Source of the DNA: an uncultured Woeseiaceae bacterium
GTDB lineage: Bacteria; Acidobacteriota; Vicinamibacteria; Vicinamibacterales; UBA823
Direction of reading: 5' to 3'
Length of the DNA: 64,000 nucleotides
Assembly (NCBI GenBank): GCA_964569695.1
Contig: CAZMUA010000016.1
Span: 5,270 to 69,269, forward strand
Part shown: positions 1 to 10,312 of the stretch, piece after piece
How positions within the stretch are numbered: the first letter of the stretch is position 1
Layout of the letters: each line of letters opens with the position of its first letter
Program-made: the position numbers and the translations under genes
Notes under the pieces: model-generated
Databases searched by the model: none
The model's input: only the letters and a program-made list of their open reading frames with translations
What the model was told of the DNA's origin: nothing

Positions 1-2449
1 AGAGTCTGGCTACACCTTCTTCCGTCATGATGAAGGCGCCTGTTGCATCGGGTGGGGTAGTTGGGCCGTAGTCTGGGACGTCACCATCCCATTCACGCCC
101 ATTCCAAGCAATTCCAGAACGTGTCGTATCCCACGGAGTTCCAGCCTGGTCAGCTGATGCTCGGTTGTAGAGTACCCGACGGTTGAGTGGCCAACTCCAT
201 GCCCAGCCGTGATGCATACCTAGACCGGTTGGGTCTTCAGTGCCCCGTCTGGCCATCAAATTTCCTTCTTCGGGGTAACTGCCACAATAGAGCCAATTGC
301 CAGATGTGGTCGTGCCGTCGTCCTTTAGATCACCAAACGACGACAGGCGGTTACCTGTCCGGGTGTCGAAGCCGTTTATTTCCTGTGCCAATTCTGGCAG
401 CGTTGGTTCACGTGGATTGAGATAGTTCCATGTGAGATGCTGGATCGGCTCGTCATACGCGCCGCCTTCCTGCTTGTAGAGTTCCTTCACGCGCCAGAAC
501 AACTCGGACAAGATCCAGGTGTCTGATTTAACGCCGTGTGGCGCATCGATAGCCTTTTGCTTCCATTGGGCCCATCGTCCACTATTGGTGAATGAACCGT
601 CGCGTTCGATCCAATGTGTAGTCGGCAGATACAGGACCTCGGTGTCAATGTCCTCCGGCTTCATCCCAGGCGCCTTCCAGAATTCTGCTGTATCTAGCAT
701 GAAAGGATCGATGACGACCTTCCACTTAAGTCTTGACATCGCCTCAAGCAGTCGCGGCACGTCGGGTCCAGCTAGGAGTGGGTTAAACCCGAGAGTTACG
801 AATCCTTCGAGTTTGCCTTGGTGCGCTTTGTCCCAGATCGATAACCAGGTAGCATCGTCGGCCATCTTACCGAGGTAGTGATAGCCGAATTCGTTGTCTG
901 ACTGTGCATGATCGCCAAACCACGCTTTGAGTTGTGAGATTAAGAATTTTGGATAGTTTGCCCAGTAGTTCACAGCGTCGCGGACCAGTGGACGGGGAGT
1001 CGAATCACGTAAATGATCTGCGAGAGACTCTTGCTCAGGTTCAGGTACGCGCAGGTAGCCAGGAAGGATGCCCGCGACTATCGCATGGTCGGTCGCACCT
1101 TGAACGTTCGCGTGGCCACGCAGCGCATTAATACCTCCGCCAGGTCGTCCGATGTTACCGAGCAACAATTGGAGAATGGCAGCGGTACGAATAATCTGAC
1201 TGCCAACGGTGTGCATCGTCCAACCAACCGCGTACATGATAGTGCCGACTTGATCGGAGGTACCGGTCGAACAGATAATGTTCGCGATCTTAAGGAAGTC
1301 CTTTTCCGAGCAACCCGTGATTCGAGCTACCGTGTCAGGTGTGTATCGACTAAAGTGCTGCCTCAAAAGTTGAAAGACGCAGCGTGGGTGCTCCAGCGTC
1401 GCGTCGCGTTTCGCATATCCATCTGCATCTCGCTCGTAGTTCCAAGTATCTCTGTCGTACTGGTTGGTAGCTTCGTCAAATCCTGAGAAGAGTCCATCTT
1501 CAAAAGAAAACTGTTCGGTAACGATAAAGGAGGCGTTGGTGTGGGCCCTTACGTAGTCGTCATGGAAGAGATTGTTTTCGAGGACGTGCTTGACGAGACC
1601 GCCGAGGAGTGCAATATCGGAGCCGGGTCGAATTTGGAGATGATGATCGGCAACTGCCGAAGTTCGTGTAAATCGAGGATCGATCGTGACGAGGGTAGCG
1701 CCACGTGTTTCCCTGGCCTCGAGTGCCCACTTAAATCCGCACGGGTGATTTTCTGCCGGGTTGGCGCCCATGACCAAAATCACATCGGCGTTCTTGATGT
1801 CTTTCCAGTGATTGGTCATCGCACCGCGACCGAAGGTGGCGGCCAAACTGGCCACCGTGGGACTGTGTCATATGCGAGCCTGGTGATCGATGTACACCAG
1901 TCCCATACTTCGCATGGTTTTGGTGATGAGATAGGCGTCTTCGTTCGCGACGGTGGCACTGCCGACCCACGCAATGCCTTCACAGCGGTTCACGGTGTGA
2001 TCCGTTGCGTCTCGTTCAACAAACGACGCATCACGCGAATCTTTAAACCGACGTGCAAACCAGTCCAGCGCTTCATCCCAGGAAATTTCTCGCCATTCAG
2101 ATGATTTGGCGTCACGCATCATGGGGGTTTTTCGCAGTCTCGGGCTAATGGCGAGTTGCATTTGCGACGCACCTTTGGGACAAAGCGTTCCGCCATTTAT
2201 TGGATTGTCCGGATCGCCTTCAACGTGAATCACAGTAGGTGTCGTGTTTAACCCGCCACTGCCGTGCACATATGCGATGGTGCCGCAGCCAACTGCACAA
2301 TAGGGACAAACCGTTCGGTACTCACGCGCATTCCGGATTTTTAGTTGCCGAACTGCTGCTTGTGCAGGCCGGAGGTCGAATCCCAGCAGGCTGACCGATA
2401 ACCCACCAACGGTGGATGCTTTTAGAAAATTTCGTCTTGAGAGGTCCAT
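1..2449 (-). CDS. fdnG: Formate dehydrogenase catalytic alpha subunit (FdnG/FdoG-type molybdopterin oxidoreductase), selenocysteine-containing; the 3' end lies outside the window
   Basis: Tat signal MDLSRRNFLK. 4Fe-4S Cys cluster CPYCAVGCG. Active-site context HQARI-(TGA)-HSPTVASLAATFGRGAMTNHW. The frame stays open for 622 codons after the TGA to position 2 (translated by hand line by line). Later motifs GGGINALRGHANVQG and NRRVLYNRASAD are typical of FdnG. Confidence 0.9.
1835..1870 (-). promoter_or_regulatory. In-frame UGA selenocysteine codon (1868-1870) plus SECIS-like hairpin (stem GGUGGCC/GGCCGCC, loop AGUUU, 1838-1856)
   Basis: The minus-strand RNA reads UGA CACAGUCCCAC GGUGGCC AGUUU GGCCGCC ACC. 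This gives a 7-bp stem (one G-U pair) starting 12 nt after the UGA. The apical loop contains GU about 20 nt downstream of the UGA, the geometry expected for bacterial SECIS elements. Confidence 0.6.
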
Positions 2450-2537
2450 GGTGCTATCAACGATGATCGATATACGGGAGAACTTTCACGTCTCACTGAT
2501 ACGGCCCGGACGCGTCAGTATAACAGGTCACGTATAG

Positions 2538-3005
2538 TTACCAGCCAACACGAGTCTCGACTTCTCGATTGACTAAATCCGATTGCAGAAACTTCAGTTT
2601 AATTTGGTCGTCCTGAACCACCATATACGCGCTTTCCATCCAAAACGAATGGATGAGAGTCTGTTCTGTTGTTTCAAACAGTCCCTTATTCAAATAGGCG
2701 ACATGTGCTGACTGTTCCTGAATGGAAACAACAAAGTCAGAGAGAGTCCAGCTTGTGCTCACCGTGGTTGTTTGCGCTTCGTGAATGAAGGCATCAAAGG
2801 TGTCCAAGGTGAAATCTTGACCCATTTCAAAAATATGGAAGTCGTCGGTGACGATTTGAGACAGTGCGTTCTTGTCGTACTGCTCGATGTCGAGCAACTC
2901 AAAGAACTCATGCAATTTCGCGATCGCTGCCTCTTCCGTCATTTGTACAGATTGATTGCAGCCAACGGTCAGCAACAAGAGTGCCAGCAAACATAAGTTA
3001 CGCAT
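2538..3005 (-). CDS. Small lipoprotein, NTF2/SnoaL-like (DUF4440-like) fold
   Basis: Lipobox LLLTVGC. Its size and alternating pattern resemble NTF2-like proteins. Its start codon overlaps the stop of the upstream MBL gene by 1 nt (TAATG). Confidence 0.45.
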   Translation of the reverse strand: MRNLCLLALLLLTVGCNQSVQMTEEAAIAKLHEFFELLDIEQYDKNALSQIVTDDFHIFEMGQDFTLDTFDAFIHEAQTTTVSTSWTLSDFVVSIQEQSAHVAYLNKGLFETTEQTLIHSFWMESAYMVVQDDQIKLKFLQSDLVNREVETRVGW

Positions 3006-3910
3006 TATTGTTCAAGCTCCGCGAAGGCTTTCGTCACAAAGTCGGTCAGTCCACCAATCATCCGTCCGGTTGAGCCCAGGCGTGGATTACGGTCATAGTC
3101 GTCGTACAGGCTCGGCAGTTCCAGGGTTTCGACCGTATCATCAATGCCGCGTCCCATTAACTTGGCTTGTCGGATGGCGGTCACCAGCTCATAGGTGAAA
3201 TCTCCAAATTCTGAGAATGTCGCCCAGTCCGTTACGGTTCGATGACCCGGGATGACAGTATCGACCCCCGAAATACCGGCTAGAGCATCTCGTACTGTGT
3301 CGGGATAGGCGAGAACGCTCCCACCGTTGTTCCGGTCAACAATGGGGACACTGCTGGAGGCAAATAGATCTCCCGTGTGGACTGTACGGAGGGCCGGGAA
3401 GACCACAAACGCATCGCCATCAGTGTGCCCGCGACCGAAATAATACAGATCAATTTGATCGTCCCCGTCAAGCAGACTCATCTGGTTAGCAAAAGTGGTG
3501 GAGGGAAGATAGCGGGCATTGTCCCCATCAAAGATTGGCATACGTTGCATGTTGGCGTCTGTGTTTCTATGCGCCACGATTTCAACCGGTGAAGAGAACT
3601 CATCGTTACTCCCGACATGATCACCGTGAGTATGCGTGTTAATGATCATCGTCACCGGTTTGTCGGTCACCGTCTGAATCTGATCGAGAATCGGCTGACC
3701 CCAGTCGGAGAGTTTGGTGTCCACGACGACCACCCCATCACTTGTAATGAAGGCTGCCGTGTTTCCGCCGCCGCCCGTGATCACGTACAGGTTGTCCTTT
3801 ACCTGTTCCAGTCCAGCGATGTTCGGTTGTGCGTGCGGCGGCGCAATGGTGATGGCCAATATGCCACCCGCGAGAAGACTGATTAGTATGGTGCTTCGCA
3901 TGAGGCCCAT
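3005..3910 (-). CDS. Exported metallo-beta-lactamase (MBL)-fold hydrolase
   Basis: Signal peptide present. HxHxDH motif INTHTHGDHVGSN. Later GHTDGD and PGH metal ligands. Paralogue of 16741-17628. Confidence 0.85.
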   Translation of the reverse strand: MGLMRSTILISLLAGGILAITIAPPHAQPNIAGLEQVKDNLYVITGGGGNTAAFITSDGVVVVDTKLSDWGQPILDQIQTVTDKPVTMIINTHTHGDHVGSNDEFSSPVEIVAHRNTDANMQRMPIFDGDNARYLPSTTFANQMSLLDGDDQIDLYYFGRGHTDGDAFVVFPALRTVHTGDLFASSSVPIVDRNNGGSVLAYPDTVRDALAGISGVDTVIPGHRTVTDWATFSEFGDFTYELVTAIRQAKLMGRGIDDTVETLELPSLYDDYDRNPRLGSTGRMIGGLTDFVTKAFAELEQ

Positions 3911-3914
3911 CCTT

Positions 3915-5012
3915 TCATACCGTAAAGAATACTCTTTCTACGAACCAATAGGCACCTGCCAGCATGACAACAACTGAGCCGGTGATGGTAATCCGGTGAC
4001 TGGTTACGGCGCTGCGCTGGCGAATTGCGGCTAACCCTGTTGCAATCAGAGCTACGATAACAAGTTGTCCGAGTTCTACGCCGATATTAAATGACGCTAG
4101 CGTCCACCCAAGGGCTTGGCGTGGCAGGTCCATATCTGCGAGGACACCGGCAAACCCGAACCCATGGATAAAACCAAAGGCGAGAGCAATCCACGCTCGC
4201 ACATCACGCCCCTCTTGACTCACCAGTAAATTATCGGCTCCCACATAGATGATGCTCAACGCAATGGCTGGTTCGACGACGCTTGCCGGCGGCGTGACCA
4301 CGCCGAGCACTGCAAGGGATAGCGTGACGCTATGTGCCAGGGTGAAGGCTGTGACGATCATGATCAGTGATGAGAGACTGCCGCCAAGCAACAGCAGTCC
4401 AAGCAGAAAGAGAATATGGTCAGGTCCAATAACAATATGATGGATACCGACAGGAACGAATCGACCAACGACAGCCCACCTGCCATCGTTCGTACCCGTG
4501 AAATACTCGTGTTCCAACCGGGAGGGGTCAAAAATCCGCTGCGCCACCAGTTCGCCTCGCTCGTAAACATTCAGAAAGGTGAGGTGATTGGGGTCGTAGG
4601 GAAAGAGCAAGGCTTGCACTGCAATATGACCCGGTTCATCATTCAGCTCATACTGCATCGAGAGTTGAACCGATTGTCGCGAGGGAAGGACAGTGATCTG
4701 TCCTGCATCGAAGGGAACAAGGTGGTTATCAACGCGTAGCGTTAACCGATCTCGCAGAAGATTGAAAAGGTTAGTCCGTTCCATCTCAACCTGCTCTTGC
4801 TGTAAAAGTTGGACGGGATCCTCAATGCCTAATTCGTAAGCAAAATCAATTGCGTGTACGACAAGTGTGGCTTGAATGTGCCCATCACGTAGATTGAGAT
4901 CGAGATAGCTGAACGGAGCAGGATGGGCGACAGCTGACTGTGCCAACAAGCTCACATGGAGGATTATCACCGCTAACAGATAGCGAAGGCGAAACACACG
5001 GTTGCGAAGCAT
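3915..5012 (-). CDS. HupE/UreJ-family (HupE_UreJ_2-like) metal-transport membrane protein with a ~190-aa N-terminal periplasmic domain
   Basis: Motifs IGPDHILFLLGLLLL, TAFTLAHSVTL, FGFIHGFGFAG and FNIGVELGQL. Signal peptide ending AVA|HPAPF, which would give an N-terminal His on the mature protein. It ends 4 nt before the MBL gene start. Confidence 0.65.
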   Translation of the reverse strand: MLRNRVFRLRYLLAVIILHVSLLAQSAVAHPAPFSYLDLNLRDGHIQATLVVHAIDFAYELGIEDPVQLLQQEQVEMERTNLFNLLRDRLTLRVDNHLVPFDAGQITVLPSRQSVQLSMQYELNDEPGHIAVQALLFPYDPNHLTFLNVYERGELVAQRIFDPSRLEHEYFTGTNDGRWAVVGRFVPVGIHHIVIGPDHILFLLGLLLLGGSLSSLIMIVTAFTLAHSVTLSLAVLGVVTPPASVVEPAIALSIIYVGADNLLVSQEGRDVRAWIALAFGFIHGFGFAGVLADMDLPRQALGWTLASFNIGVELGQLVIVALIATGLAAIRQRSAVTSHRITITGSVVVMLAGAYWFVERVFFTV

Positions 5013-5127
5013 TCAGTGTGTAAGTTACCGTACTTGATCAATACTTAGATCAGTTGAGTTTTTGAAGTCTATTCGGTCTTTCTTGTGTATTCCTAACTTA
5101 ATGATGTGTTTCTAATATTTTTATAGA

Positions 5128-7851
5128 TTGACCGAAGTGCAGGATAATGACTTAGTGGACTCTGGGCAAGACGTGACATTCTTTCGAGCGCTCCTTATTC
5201 GATCAGCAGTCGCCGCACTGATTGGCTTACTCATGTTGTTAGGGGTGGGTCAGGTGCAGGCAAACGAAATGATTGAGTCGGTTCAAGGGACAAGCCAGCT
5301 TGAGGGTCTGGACCAGCGTGTGATCGACTTTGGAGGTGTGAATGTCGGGTCCAACGCGACTGCAACGCTTACTATTACGAACAGTGGTACTGCGCCACTA
5401 ACGTGGACGGGACTGGACACAGGCGCAAGTGTGGTTTCGTCCAGTGCGGTCAGTGGTAACGTGGCTGCTGGCGCATCCATGACGATCACTCTGACGTTCA
5501 CGCCTACAGTGGCCACCACGTATAGCGGTGTGCTAACCGTCACCGGCAACCAGACCAGCGGTACGAATACCATTACTTGGACGGGAACTGGGACGACGCC
5601 TGAACCAGCCGCAACCCGGATCATAGGGCTTTCTGGAACCACGAATTTTGTCACTACTACTCCTGATGGGATCTACGGTCCGCCGCCACCGGTTGCTCCC
5701 GCTGTCGTCCGTCGAGACAACCAGGGACGAGTGACGGTACGAGCTGTACGTCTCGAGGAGTCACTGCGTGTTGATGGTCAATTGGACGAGTCGATTTACG
5801 CCAACGTGGCTACGGTGTCTAATTTTCTTCAACAAGAGCCTCGAGAAGGTGACCCGTCAACTGAAAAAACGGAATTCTGGGTTTTCTTTGATGATGACAC
5901 TTTTTATCTCTCAGTGAGAGTTTGGGATTCTGACATGGCAAATGTCGTGACTAGGGAGATGCGGCGTGGCCATTCCGGAGTTTCCCAGGACGATAGCATC
6001 ACGCTCACGTTGGATACATTCTACGATCGACGGAATGGTTACTATTTTCAAACCAATTCCAGGGGAACCATTTATGATGCGCTCATTGCTGACGAACGCA
6101 GCGAAAATATGGATTGGGATACGGTGTTTAGGACCAAATCTGCGCGGTTCGACTGGGGCTGGAGCATGGAGTTGGCGATTCCGTTTAAATCACTACGCTA
6201 TCCAGGAAGCGGTGAGCAAATCTGGGGAATCAACGTGCGAAGGACGATGCCGCGACAAAACGAGCTGGCTTACCTGAGTCCGCCACCGGCCTCCTATGGC
6301 CGTGTCGGGATCTGGAAATTTTCATCTTCTGCAACACTGGTTGGCTTGGAAGCTCCACGTCGTTCAATCAATCTCGAATTCAAACCGTATGGGATCGCGG
6401 ACTTCAAGTCTGATACCACCGTAAGTCCGGCAATCGATAATGAATTCACTCGCAGTGGCGGCTTCGATTTGAAGTACGGGCTTACTAGAGGATTAGTCGC
6501 GGATTTTACGTATAAGACAGATTTCGCGCAGGTCGAAGTCGATGACGCGATGATAAATCTAACGCGATTTGGTATGTACTTTCCCGAAAAACGGCAGTTT
6601 TTCTTGGAAGGGCAGGATCTTTTTTCGTTTGGCGGCGCAGGTCCTCGGTTTTCAGGCACTCCGCCTGGAGACACACCGGTCCTATTTTTTAGTCGCCGAA
6701 TTGGTTTGTCCGATGGAACACCGGTACCCATTATTGGTGGGGGACGAGTGACCGGACGAGCTGGACCATACAGCATTGGCTTACTTAACATCCATACAGA
6801 GGAATCGCCCAGCATGGGCGTTGGAAAAACAGCATTCTCAGTCGTCCGGTTGAAACGGAATATTTTTCAACGGAGCAGTATTGGTGTAATCGGCACGCAG
6901 CGTTCCCTGAATAAGCAGGGAACCGGTTCGAATGAGGTGTATGGTGTTGATGGCAGATTGGCACTCCTGTCAAACTTTTTTGTCGATGCTTACTATGCGC
7001 GGTCAGATACAGTCGGTCGTACGGGTAATAACGCGAGTTATCGTCTGCGCATCGAAAACAATGGTGATCGATATGGGTTCCAAGTCGAACACCTCCTCGT
7101 CGGAAAAGATTTCAATCCAGAAGTTGGCTTTCTTCGCCGAGACGATTTCCGGCGGAATCTAGGGCAATTGCGTTTTAGTCCGCGGCCAGAGATGGGTTCG
7201 GCCGTCCGTAAGTACACCTACGAAGTGAATTTCGATCAATTTGCGTCAGATTCCACTGGTCTCATCGAGAGCCAAGAAATTAAAGGCCGGTTTCGGACGG
7301 AGTTCCAGAGTGCTGATCGTATTGACGTGGACTACGTGAACCAGTACGAATACCTAACGAAGCCCTTTAAGATTAGCGACGGTGTAGTGATCCCAGTTGG
7401 CGGGTATTACTTCGAAAATGTTCGGGCAAGCATTCTGTTCGCTCGGCACCGGCGGTTTAATGGCACCCTCAAAATACAGGCTGGCGATTTTTTTGGTGGA
7501 ACACGAACAGAGGTTAGTTATAAAGGTCGGGCGCAATTGACCACAGGATTTGTGATTGAGCCAAGCGTTGCTGTTAACTGGATTGATTTACCGCAAGGAA
7601 AATTTTCAACCGAGATCGGTCAAATGCGTTTCATCTATTCGATGACGCCTCGGATGTTTGTCGAGGCCTTGACACAGTACACCTCGAGGGACAAATCCGT
7701 GAGTTCGAATGTGCGGTATCGCTGGGAGTATCAACCGGGCAGCGATGTCTACATCGTGTACAGTGAGGGCCGTGATTCGCGGATGCGTGGATTTTCCGGG
7801 CTCCTAAATCGTGGTGTTGCCATTAAATTTACTAGACTCTTGCGCTTTTAG
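5128..7851 (+). CDS. Large exported protein: Ig-like N-terminal domain, CBM9/DOMON-like domain and DUF5916-type beta-rich C-terminus
   Basis: TTG start and hydrophobic signal. The segment VDGQLDESIYANV...FWVFFDDDTFYLSVRVWDSD...DDSITLTLDTFYDRRNGYYFQTN...WSMELAIPFKSLRY...WGINVRR is the pattern I associate with CBM9-like/DUF5916 proteins. Confidence 0.55.
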   Translation: MTEVQDNDLVDSGQDVTFFRALLIRSAVAALIGLLMLLGVGQVQANEMIESVQGTSQLEGLDQRVIDFGGVNVGSNATATLTITNSGTAPLTWTGLDTGASVVSSSAVSGNVAAGASMTITLTFTPTVATTYSGVLTVTGNQTSGTNTITWTGTGTTPEPAATRIIGLSGTTNFVTTTPDGIYGPPPPVAPAVVRRDNQGRVTVRAVRLEESLRVDGQLDESIYANVATVSNFLQQEPREGDPSTEKTEFWVFFDDDTFYLSVRVWDSDMANVVTREMRRGHSGVSQDDSITLTLDTFYDRRNGYYFQTNSRGTIYDALIADERSENMDWDTVFRTKSARFDWGWSMELAIPFKSLRYPGSGEQIWGINVRRTMPRQNELAYLSPPPASYGRVGIWKFSSSATLVGLEAPRRSINLEFKPYGIADFKSDTTVSPAIDNEFTRSGGFDLKYGLTRGLVADFTYKTDFAQVEVDDAMINLTRFGMYFPEKRQFFLEGQDLFSFGGAGPRFSGTPPGDTPVLFFSRRIGLSDGTPVPIIGGGRVTGRAGPYSIGLLNIHTEESPSMGVGKTAFSVVRLKRNIFQRSSIGVIGTQRSLNKQGTGSNEVYGVDGRLALLSNFFVDAYYARSDTVGRTGNNASYRLRIENNGDRYGFQVEHLLVGKDFNPEVGFLRRDDFRRNLGQLRFSPRPEMGSAVRKYTYEVNFDQFASDSTGLIESQEIKGRFRTEFQSADRIDVDYVNQYEYLTKPFKISDGVVIPVGGYYFENVRASILFARHRRFNGTLKIQAGDFFGGTRTEVSYKGRAQLTTGFVIEPSVAVNWIDLPQGKFSTEIGQMRFIYSMTPRMFVEALTQYTSRDKSVSSNVRYRWEYQPGSDVYIVYSEGRDSRMRGFSGLLNRGVAIKFTRLLRF

Positions 7852-7876
7852 CGTTCGTTTACCTTTCTCTCAACGT

Positions 7877-9214
7877 TTACACCGTCGGTAGCGTCCATGG
7901 CTGTCGATAGTGTGCTCGCATGAGGCTATTCGCTTCTGCATTGTCCGTGAATTGCGCCTGGGCAGCGTTCCAGTGCACTTTTTGATTGGTGCGGAATGCG
8001 ATATTGCCAAGATGAGCGTTCACTGCAGCCAATTGTCCTATTTCAGCATTGCAACGGGGCTGGCTGCGAGTCTTCATGCACTCGATAAAATTCTGTGTGT
8101 GTTGATCGAGCCCCGCTGCTCCAGGGCGCACGCGCTGCGTTGGAACCGGTTCCATCTTGTAGTAGGGCGCGGAATTTCGCGTTCCAGTTTCTGGAAAAAC
8201 TTCCCACTTTGCGCGGTCGATGACGAGTGTGCCTTCGTTACCAATAAACGCGACACCATGGTCCCGTTGGAAGGGACCGAGTCCGATGCCGACTGCGTGC
8301 TCCCAGATCATGGTGAAGTCCTCGTATTCATAGATCGCTTGGAGGGTGTCCGGTGTTTCTTCGGCATCGTCGGGATACGCGAACTTACCGCCGCTGGCAA
8401 TGATCGAACGTGGAGCGGTAACGTCCATGCCATACAACACGATGTCGATCAAATGCACCCCCCAGTCCGTCATTAAGCCGCCAGCGTAGTCCCAGAACCA
8501 ACGAAAATTGAAGTGAAATCGATTTCGGTTAAATGGTCGGAGCGGGGCCGGTCCCAGCCACATGTCGTAATTTACTCCAGCAGGAATAGGTTCATCGGGG
8601 ATGTTCGGGATGTCAGGCAGCCAGTCCATGTAGGCCCAGGCTCTCGCCGTACGAATGCGGCCAAGCTTACCTGATCGTAGAAACTTGATCGCGTCATCCC
8701 AGTGCACACCGCTCCGTTGCCATTGTCCGACTTGGACGACTCGGTCATAACGTTTTGCGGCAGCAACCATGATTCGACATACTTCAATGGAATTGGCCAT
8801 TGGTTTTTCGACGTAGACATCCTTTCCGGCCTCACATGCCATGACCATCTGGAGGCAGTGCCAATGGTCAGGGGTGCCGATGACCACGGCATCGATGTTG
8901 TCATCATCTAGGACTCGCCTGAAATCCTCGTAGAGTGCCGGCTTTGTGCCCGTGGTTTGTTCAACGTCTTGGGCACGTCGCTCAAGCACATTACGATCCA
9001 CGTCGCATAAGGCCACACATTCCACTTCAGGGAGTTTCAGCAATGAAGTTAGGTCGGAGTACCCCATGCCGTTGCAGCCGATCACGCCGACCGCAATGCG
9101 ATCACTTGGTGCGACGCCCCAGGGACGTGACGCGAACGTTCTGGCCTCGGTGAGCTTGGTACCTGCGATGGCAGATGCGCCACCAAGAAGAAATGCACGT
9201 CGTGTCGCTTGCAT
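7877..9214 (-). CDS. Tat-exported Gfo/Idh/MocA-family NAD(P)-dependent oxidoreductase
   Basis: Tat motif MQATRRAFLLGG. Rossmann segment IAVGVIGCNGMGYSD. EKP motif VYVEKPMA. Confidence 0.85.
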   Translation of the reverse strand: MQATRRAFLLGGASAIAGTKLTEARTFASRPWGVAPSDRIAVGVIGCNGMGYSDLTSLLKLPEVECVALCDVDRNVLERRAQDVEQTTGTKPALYEDFRRVLDDDNIDAVVIGTPDHWHCLQMVMACEAGKDVYVEKPMANSIEVCRIMVAAAKRYDRVVQVGQWQRSGVHWDDAIKFLRSGKLGRIRTARAWAYMDWLPDIPNIPDEPIPAGVNYDMWLGPAPLRPFNRNRFHFNFRWFWDYAGGLMTDWGVHLIDIVLYGMDVTAPRSIIASGGKFAYPDDAEETPDTLQAIYEYEDFTMIWEHAVGIGLGPFQRDHGVAFIGNEGTLVIDRAKWEVFPETGTRNSAPYYKMEPVPTQRVRPGAAGLDQHTQNFIECMKTRSQPRCNAEIGQLAAVNAHLGNIAFRTNQKVHWNAAQAQFTDNAEANSLMRAHYRQPWTLPTV

Positions 9215-9246
9215 AGTTGATTACCTCATAGAGTTTGGAGGGTGAG

Positions 9247-10263
9247 TTATGGTGTGCTTAGAAAGGATCGAATCTCTTCAAAAGCACGGTCCTGTTCACA
9301 TCGGAACGATTGGTGGCCGCAGTCGTTGTCAAAGACGAGCGTTTGTGAATTCGTTAATTCAGCAAAGGTTAGTGCTGGGCCCGGGGTGACCATATGGTCA
9401 TAGGTGCCCACGACAGCGAGTATCTCAGCTTTGACGGCGTCTGCAGTTACTTGCCATTCACCATCAAAGGATGTTGAAACGTCGTGTGCAATCATAGCTT
9501 GGAGTTGAGCCACGCGGTCATTAATAGCGAGTGTCATGCCCCCTGCCCGTCCATCCTTCAGTAACGCGGCACCTTGGTCGTTGGGATCTTGTCGGGCATG
9601 GAAGTCCGGTGAGTATAGGGCAAGGTGGCTGATCATCCCGGCGACTTCAAGCGCGGTGGTTTCATTGCAGTCGCAATCGAGTGCCTGTTCCAACGCTATC
9701 AATTGGGCAGTCCATAAGAGCAAGTCGTAGGAGGCCAGTCGTGGTGAACCAACAATCGGGACGGCGCGATCCATGAACTCCGGGTAGGCTGTGACCCATT
9801 CGTAGGCTTGCATTCCACCCATGGAAATGCCGATGACCGCATGCAGATGGGTGATACCAAGCACTTCGGTCAGTAGTTGGTGTTGCGACTTCACCATGTC
9901 ACCAATGCTAACTACGGGAAAGTTACGTTGTGGTTGCTGGGTGCTATTGGATGGAGATGATGAGATTCCGTTAGCTAGGGCGTCAACGGTAATGAGAAAA
10001 AACTGTGAGGTATCGACTGCACCCACAGCATCGCTAGTGAAGAGCTCTTCGGATGTGCCGGTGAACCACGTTGGAAACAAAATAACGTTTGATCGGTCTG
10101 CGTTCAGAGTACCCGCGGTTCGATATGCGATTTTGGCATCTTGAATCACATCACCATTTTCGAGTTTAAAATTTCCCAAACTAGCAATTTGAAGTGGGGG
10201 AGCCTCGGCTGCATGAAGCGTTATCGAGAGCAGTAGACAGAGAAGCATGAAGACGGATCGCAT
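9247..10263 (-). CDS. Exported alpha/beta-fold hydrolase (MetX/homoserine acetyltransferase-like fold)
   Basis: I moved the start to the internal ATG at 10263 (MRSVFMLLCLLLSITLHA signal peptide). This removes the overlap with the upstream gene. Nucleophile elbow GISMGGMQA. Confidence 0.7.
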   Translation of the reverse strand: MRSVFMLLCLLLSITLHAAEAPPLQIASLGNFKLENGDVIQDAKIAYRTAGTLNADRSNVILFPTWFTGTSEELFTSDAVGAVDTSQFFLITVDALANGISSSPSNSTQQPQRNFPVVSIGDMVKSQHQLLTEVLGITHLHAVIGISMGGMQAYEWVTAYPEFMDRAVPIVGSPRLASYDLLLWTAQLIALEQALDCDCNETTALEVAGMISHLALYSPDFHARQDPNDQGAALLKDGRAGGMTLAINDRVAQLQAMIAHDVSTSFDGEWQVTADAVKAEILAVVGTYDHMVTPGPALTFAELTNSQTLVFDNDCGHQSFRCEQDRAFEEIRSFLSTP

Positions 10264-10312
10264 AATATTTTGTTTCCTCCAGTTATTTAGGACTCGGTAA
10301 TGATAAATGTTT

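Noticed and set aside
187-2104. Plus-strand ORFs (187-420, 519-878, 934-1131, 1013-1486, 1541-2104) and the minus-strand ORF 1731-1970 listed in the track
   Set aside because: All lie antisense to, or out of frame with, the continuous FdnG-like reading frame that resumes after the TGA Sec codon. Their translations are low-complexity with no recognisable motifs.
5035-5052. Two GATC-containing half-sites (TGATCA, AGATCA) in the AT-rich divergent promoter region at 5013-5127, considered as Dam-sensitive regulation
   Set aside because: GATC is frequent throughout the window. The specificity of the Dam-like MTase is unknown and no regulator-binding symmetry is evident.
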